A stretch of 64,000 nt of DNA, from NCBI RefSeq assembly GCF_009914755.1, contig NC_060940.1; one strand, given 5' to 3'. Positions 60,430-64,000 of the stretch are shown in pieces. A program made the position numbers and the translations under genes. The notes under the pieces are model-generated. The model ran no database searches. It was not told the DNA's origin and saw only the letters and a program-made list of their open reading frames with translations. Origin of the DNA: the human T2T-CHM13v2.0 reference genome, Homo sapiens. Position 1 is the first letter of the stretch, and every line of letters starts with the position of its first letter.

Positions 60430-61049
60430 CAACATTGAAATTGACCCTCTCATTCTTAAAGCTTGAAACTTATGTTTGTCTTATCTGACTTCCTTTGTTA
60501 GGAAACAACCTTCAGGCCCTCAGGATAATATCAAGAGACCGCAACTGGGAGGCCAAGGCAGGAGGATTGTTTGAGGCCAGAAGTTTGAGGACAGCCCTGG
60601 TAACATGGTAAGACCCCTATCCCTACCAAAAAATAAAAAAAAATTAGAAAATTAGCTGGGCTTGATGGTGCACACCTATAGTCCCAGCCACTCAAGAGGA
60701 TAAGGCAAGGATCTCTTGAGCCTAGGAGTTTGAGGGTGCAGTAAGCTATGATTACATCACTGCACTCCAGCCTGGGTGACAAAGTGAGACCCTGCTTCGA
60801 AGAACCTGGAATTCCACTTCTTTACCCCTTCCTAAGTTCTGTTTTCCTGCGTGTAGCTGCATTCCTTCCCAGCTATATAAACCCCCAATTTTAGTCAGAT
60901 GGGGAGACAGATTTGAGACTTATCTCCCATCTCCTCAGCTGCACACCTGAATAAGGCCTTTTTTCTTGGCAATACTTGCTGTCTGAGTGACTGGCTTTCT
61001 GTGCAGCGAGCCGTGCGACCTACACCTAACCCTTGGCATTTCAGTAACA
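60430..61049 (+). mobile_element. ERV1 MER66-like LTR, 5'-truncated, interrupted by Alu
   Basis: aaattgaccctc...ctatataaaccccc...ggcatttcagtaaca; reverse-orientation homolog of the LTRs at 20758, 24176 and 29158. Confidence 0.85.
60546..60800 (+). mobile_element. AluJ-like fragment inside LTR
   Basis: tgggaggccaaggcaggaggattg...gtgagaccctg. Confidence 0.85.
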
Positions 61050-61173
61050 AAAGCTCTTCAAGAAAAACCTCTCAAGGAAGGACAGTGGAATAAGGCGAAG
61101 GAAAGACCAGAGAGCAAGAACATGGTCCAGGTAGAGTCTAGCCTTCGCCAGATCCCCATGGGCAGGTCTCTAG

Positions 61174-61325
61174 CACAGGGGTTGACAGGTTTTTTTCTGT
61201 AAAGGGATAAATAATAACTAATTGAGCATTTGCAGTCATATGATCTCTGCCACAACCACTCAACTCTGCCACTGCAGTGCTAAAGCAGCCACAGATGATA
61301 CATAAGTGAGTGAGCATGGCCATGA
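61174..61325 (+). mobile_element. MER58-like hAT MITE fragment
   Basis: caggggttgacaggtttttttctgtaaaggg...ctcaactctgccactgcagtgctaaagcagccacaga. Confidence 0.75.
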
Positions 61326-62211
61326 GGCTAAGGAACTTGTCTGTCTCGCCCATCAATGTGCCCCATGTCTGGAACACGGTAGGCAGGAATAAATGATGTT
61401 ACTGCACATCCAGGCCCCTCTACTGGGCTGCTGCATCCATGATCCAGCTGCCATAAATGTTGGCTGATATGGCTTGGAGATGCCCTTCTGATACAGAAAA
61501 TTGCCCACAGCTGACAGAAACCACCTTGCAAAAAAGACTACGCTCCACCCTCCAACCTTCCCAGAAGCAGCCCACAGCCAATGGCTGATGGATATATAAG
61601 GGCACAAGAGACCAACCCTCCTGCTTCATGGAGGGACACTTCAGTAGTATGATACCTTCTCTAAAGTTGAGGTCAGCAAATTATGGACTGTAGGCCAAAT
61701 AGGACCCACTGGCCATTCAACTCTGAATTCGCTCTACTGAGCACAGACCCTGGAAGAGAGCAGTCAGAGAGTAAATGTTTATCGAATACAATGGAATAAA
61801 ATTGAACCTTGAAAGACGGGTCCAATTTGGGCAGGGTGGGGAGAGAAAAGCATTCTTTCAGGTCCTCGAACATGTTATACACGCTGTTCCATCTGCCACC
61901 AGCACTAGCCTACCTCCCCCACACCACTTTGCCTAGCCAACCAGCATTGTCTCTCATCTTTCAAGTCTCAAGTTAGATAGATCTGCCCCCAGCATGAGTC
62001 CATTGCTCCCCATCTGTTCTCCTACAGTACCTTTGCTTGCTACTCATGGAATAATTCTCCCATCGTGTATGAGGTCCTTAAGTTAATTTCTCTGTCTCCC
62101 GCACTAGAATGTTGGCTTCTTGGAGTCAGAGACCTCACCTGTCTCAGACTCTTCCATGGTCTTAGCATCTCACACAGTGCCTGGCACGTGGTAAGCCTTC
62201 AATATAATATT

Positions 62212-62866
62212 TCAGCAATTCCACTACTGAGTATATAGCCAAGAGAAATAAAATCAGTATGTTGAACAGATATCTGTACCCCCATGTTCACTGAAACGTT
62301 ATTCACAGTAACCAAAATATATAATTAACCTAAGTGTCCCCTAAAGGATGAATGAATAAAGACAGCATGGTAGATACACAAAATGAAATACTATTCGCCT
62401 TAAAAAGAAGGAAATGTTGTCATTTATGACATGGATGTACTTAGAGGAAATTATGTTAAATGAAATAACCCAAGTGCAGAAAGACAGATATCTCACGATC
62501 CCACTTATATGTGGAATCTAAAAAAGTTGACCTTGTAGAAGCAGAGGGTAGGAGACTGTTTACCAGGAGCTGTGAAGGGGGTGGTATGGGATTGGGGAAA
62601 TGTTGGTTAAAGATATAAAATTTCAGTTAGACAGGATGAATACATTCAGGAGATCTACTGTGCAGCAAGGTGACTATATTTAATGACAATGTACTGAATA
62701 CTTGAAAATTGCTAAGAGAGTTGATTTTAAGTGTTATCACCGTAAAAAATATATGAGGTGATACATTTAATTAGCTTGATTTAGCCATTCCTCAATGTAT
62801 TCATATATATAAACATCCTGTTGTATACCATAAATATATACACTTTTTATTTGTCAACTAAAAACA
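62212..62866 (+). mobile_element. L1MA/MB 3' UTR
   Basis: cagcaattccactactgagtatatagccaa...ttgtataccataaatatatacactttttatttgtcaa. Confidence 0.85.
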
Positions 62867-63768
62867 GAAATTATTTTGACTCTAGATTTCTTTTCATCCA
62901 AGTTTTATTACAAAATTTTCCAAACGTGCAAAAAAGTTGAAAGGTTTAGTACAGTGAACACCACTTAGATTCAATAACTGTTCATATCTTACAGCCTATA
63001 TATTTTAAATAATAGCCATCATTCTTGGGCATTTACTGTATGTCAAGCACCTGCTAGGTGATTTGCAAATATCATTTTTAAAATCCTGAAAAATAGCATA
63101 GAAGATAAGCACTATTATTCTCCCCCATTTTGCTGCTGAGTAAACTGAGACTTAGAGAAGTTACATCACTAAAATCAAACAGGTACTAAGTGTTAGATTT
63201 AAACCGGATCTGGAGTACTGTAGCTGAATTCCGGACTACTGCGTTATAGCACAGTGTGTAACCCCACAACGATATGATGTGCTAGGGGATCCTAGAATTG
63301 TGGGGCTGGGTTATTTCTGAAGAGTCTGAGGCAGCTCCTGCGGGGAGATGACTCCAGAGAGCAACTGAAAGGGAGATGGAGCTGAGACAAGAAATCCACT
63401 GCTGAAGTTTGGTGGCCGATCATCAAAGAGATTAACTCCAACAGCATCTACCCCAACCCCTTTCTTCCTTGCCATACATCTCTGACACTACCATTATTAG
63501 TGACTGGGCTCAGAAGCTTGCCACCTTGTATGATCTGAATTGATCCAGTAAAGAATTCTCTGAAAAGCACCATTAAGATGATTTATAGTCTAATTTTGGT
63601 TGCTATAGATTCCAAGTCAGACTTATGACTCGGAAGAGAGGGGGGAAAAATCCCCGCCTCGCTTAGAATTCAGGCAAAGGTTTCAGTATTGATAGAGAAG
63701 CATGACTGGCTGGGGGAAAAAAAAAGTCATATTTTTTTAAAGTTTACAGCTACCACTCCTGGTTTGGG

Positions 63769-63782
63769 GTTGCTATAGCAAC
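63769..63782. promoter_or_regulatory. Perfect palindromic RFX X-box
   Basis: GTTGCTATAGCAAC matches the RFX consensus GTTNCYRTRGCAAC; function untested. Confidence 0.6.
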
Positions 63783-64000
63783 GAAGGGCCTTGGAGGGGG
63801 GCACAGTGTCTGCGGATCTCACTCTACGGAGAGCTGATTGATAGGTCGCCTGAATACTGTTTAGACACTTCTGTGCTAGGAACCAGATAACATTAGTTTA
63901 TTAAAATACACGTTAAAACACCAGTCATCTCTCTTGCCCCAGCATTTTATTTTAATCATTGTTGTTAAGGAATTGTTAACAGGCTACTGATAGGAATGGA

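Overview
Human/primate-type non-coding genomic DNA (intergenic or deep intronic). It contains about 25 Alu elements, old L1/L2/MIR relics, THE1/MLT LTRs, hAT MITEs (MER5, MER20, MER58) and one piggyBac-derived MER85. There are four MER4-group (MER66-like) ERV1 LTR copies, two of which flank a decayed provirus with a primer-binding site and an integrase remnant. I find no supportable protein-coding gene, RNA gene or CpG island; the supplied ORFs are Alu-derived, low-complexity or chance. The most notable structure not explained by repeat annotation is: (1) a 188-bp ~96% identical non-tandem doublet 941 bp apart; (2) a provirus with structurally discordant LTRs; (3) an Alu trimer sharing private variants with a neighbouring Alu; (4) a MER85 sitting in one copy of a local duplication; (5) a templated-looking Alu/LTR junction; (6) several + strand non-coding exon candidates; and (7) repeat-free, motif-dense enhancer candidates, including a perfect RFX X-box near the 3' end. 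I could not identify the locus and see no evidence of a wholly new biological system. Repeat subfamily names come from recalled consensus sequences and need RepeatMasker/Dfam confirmation.
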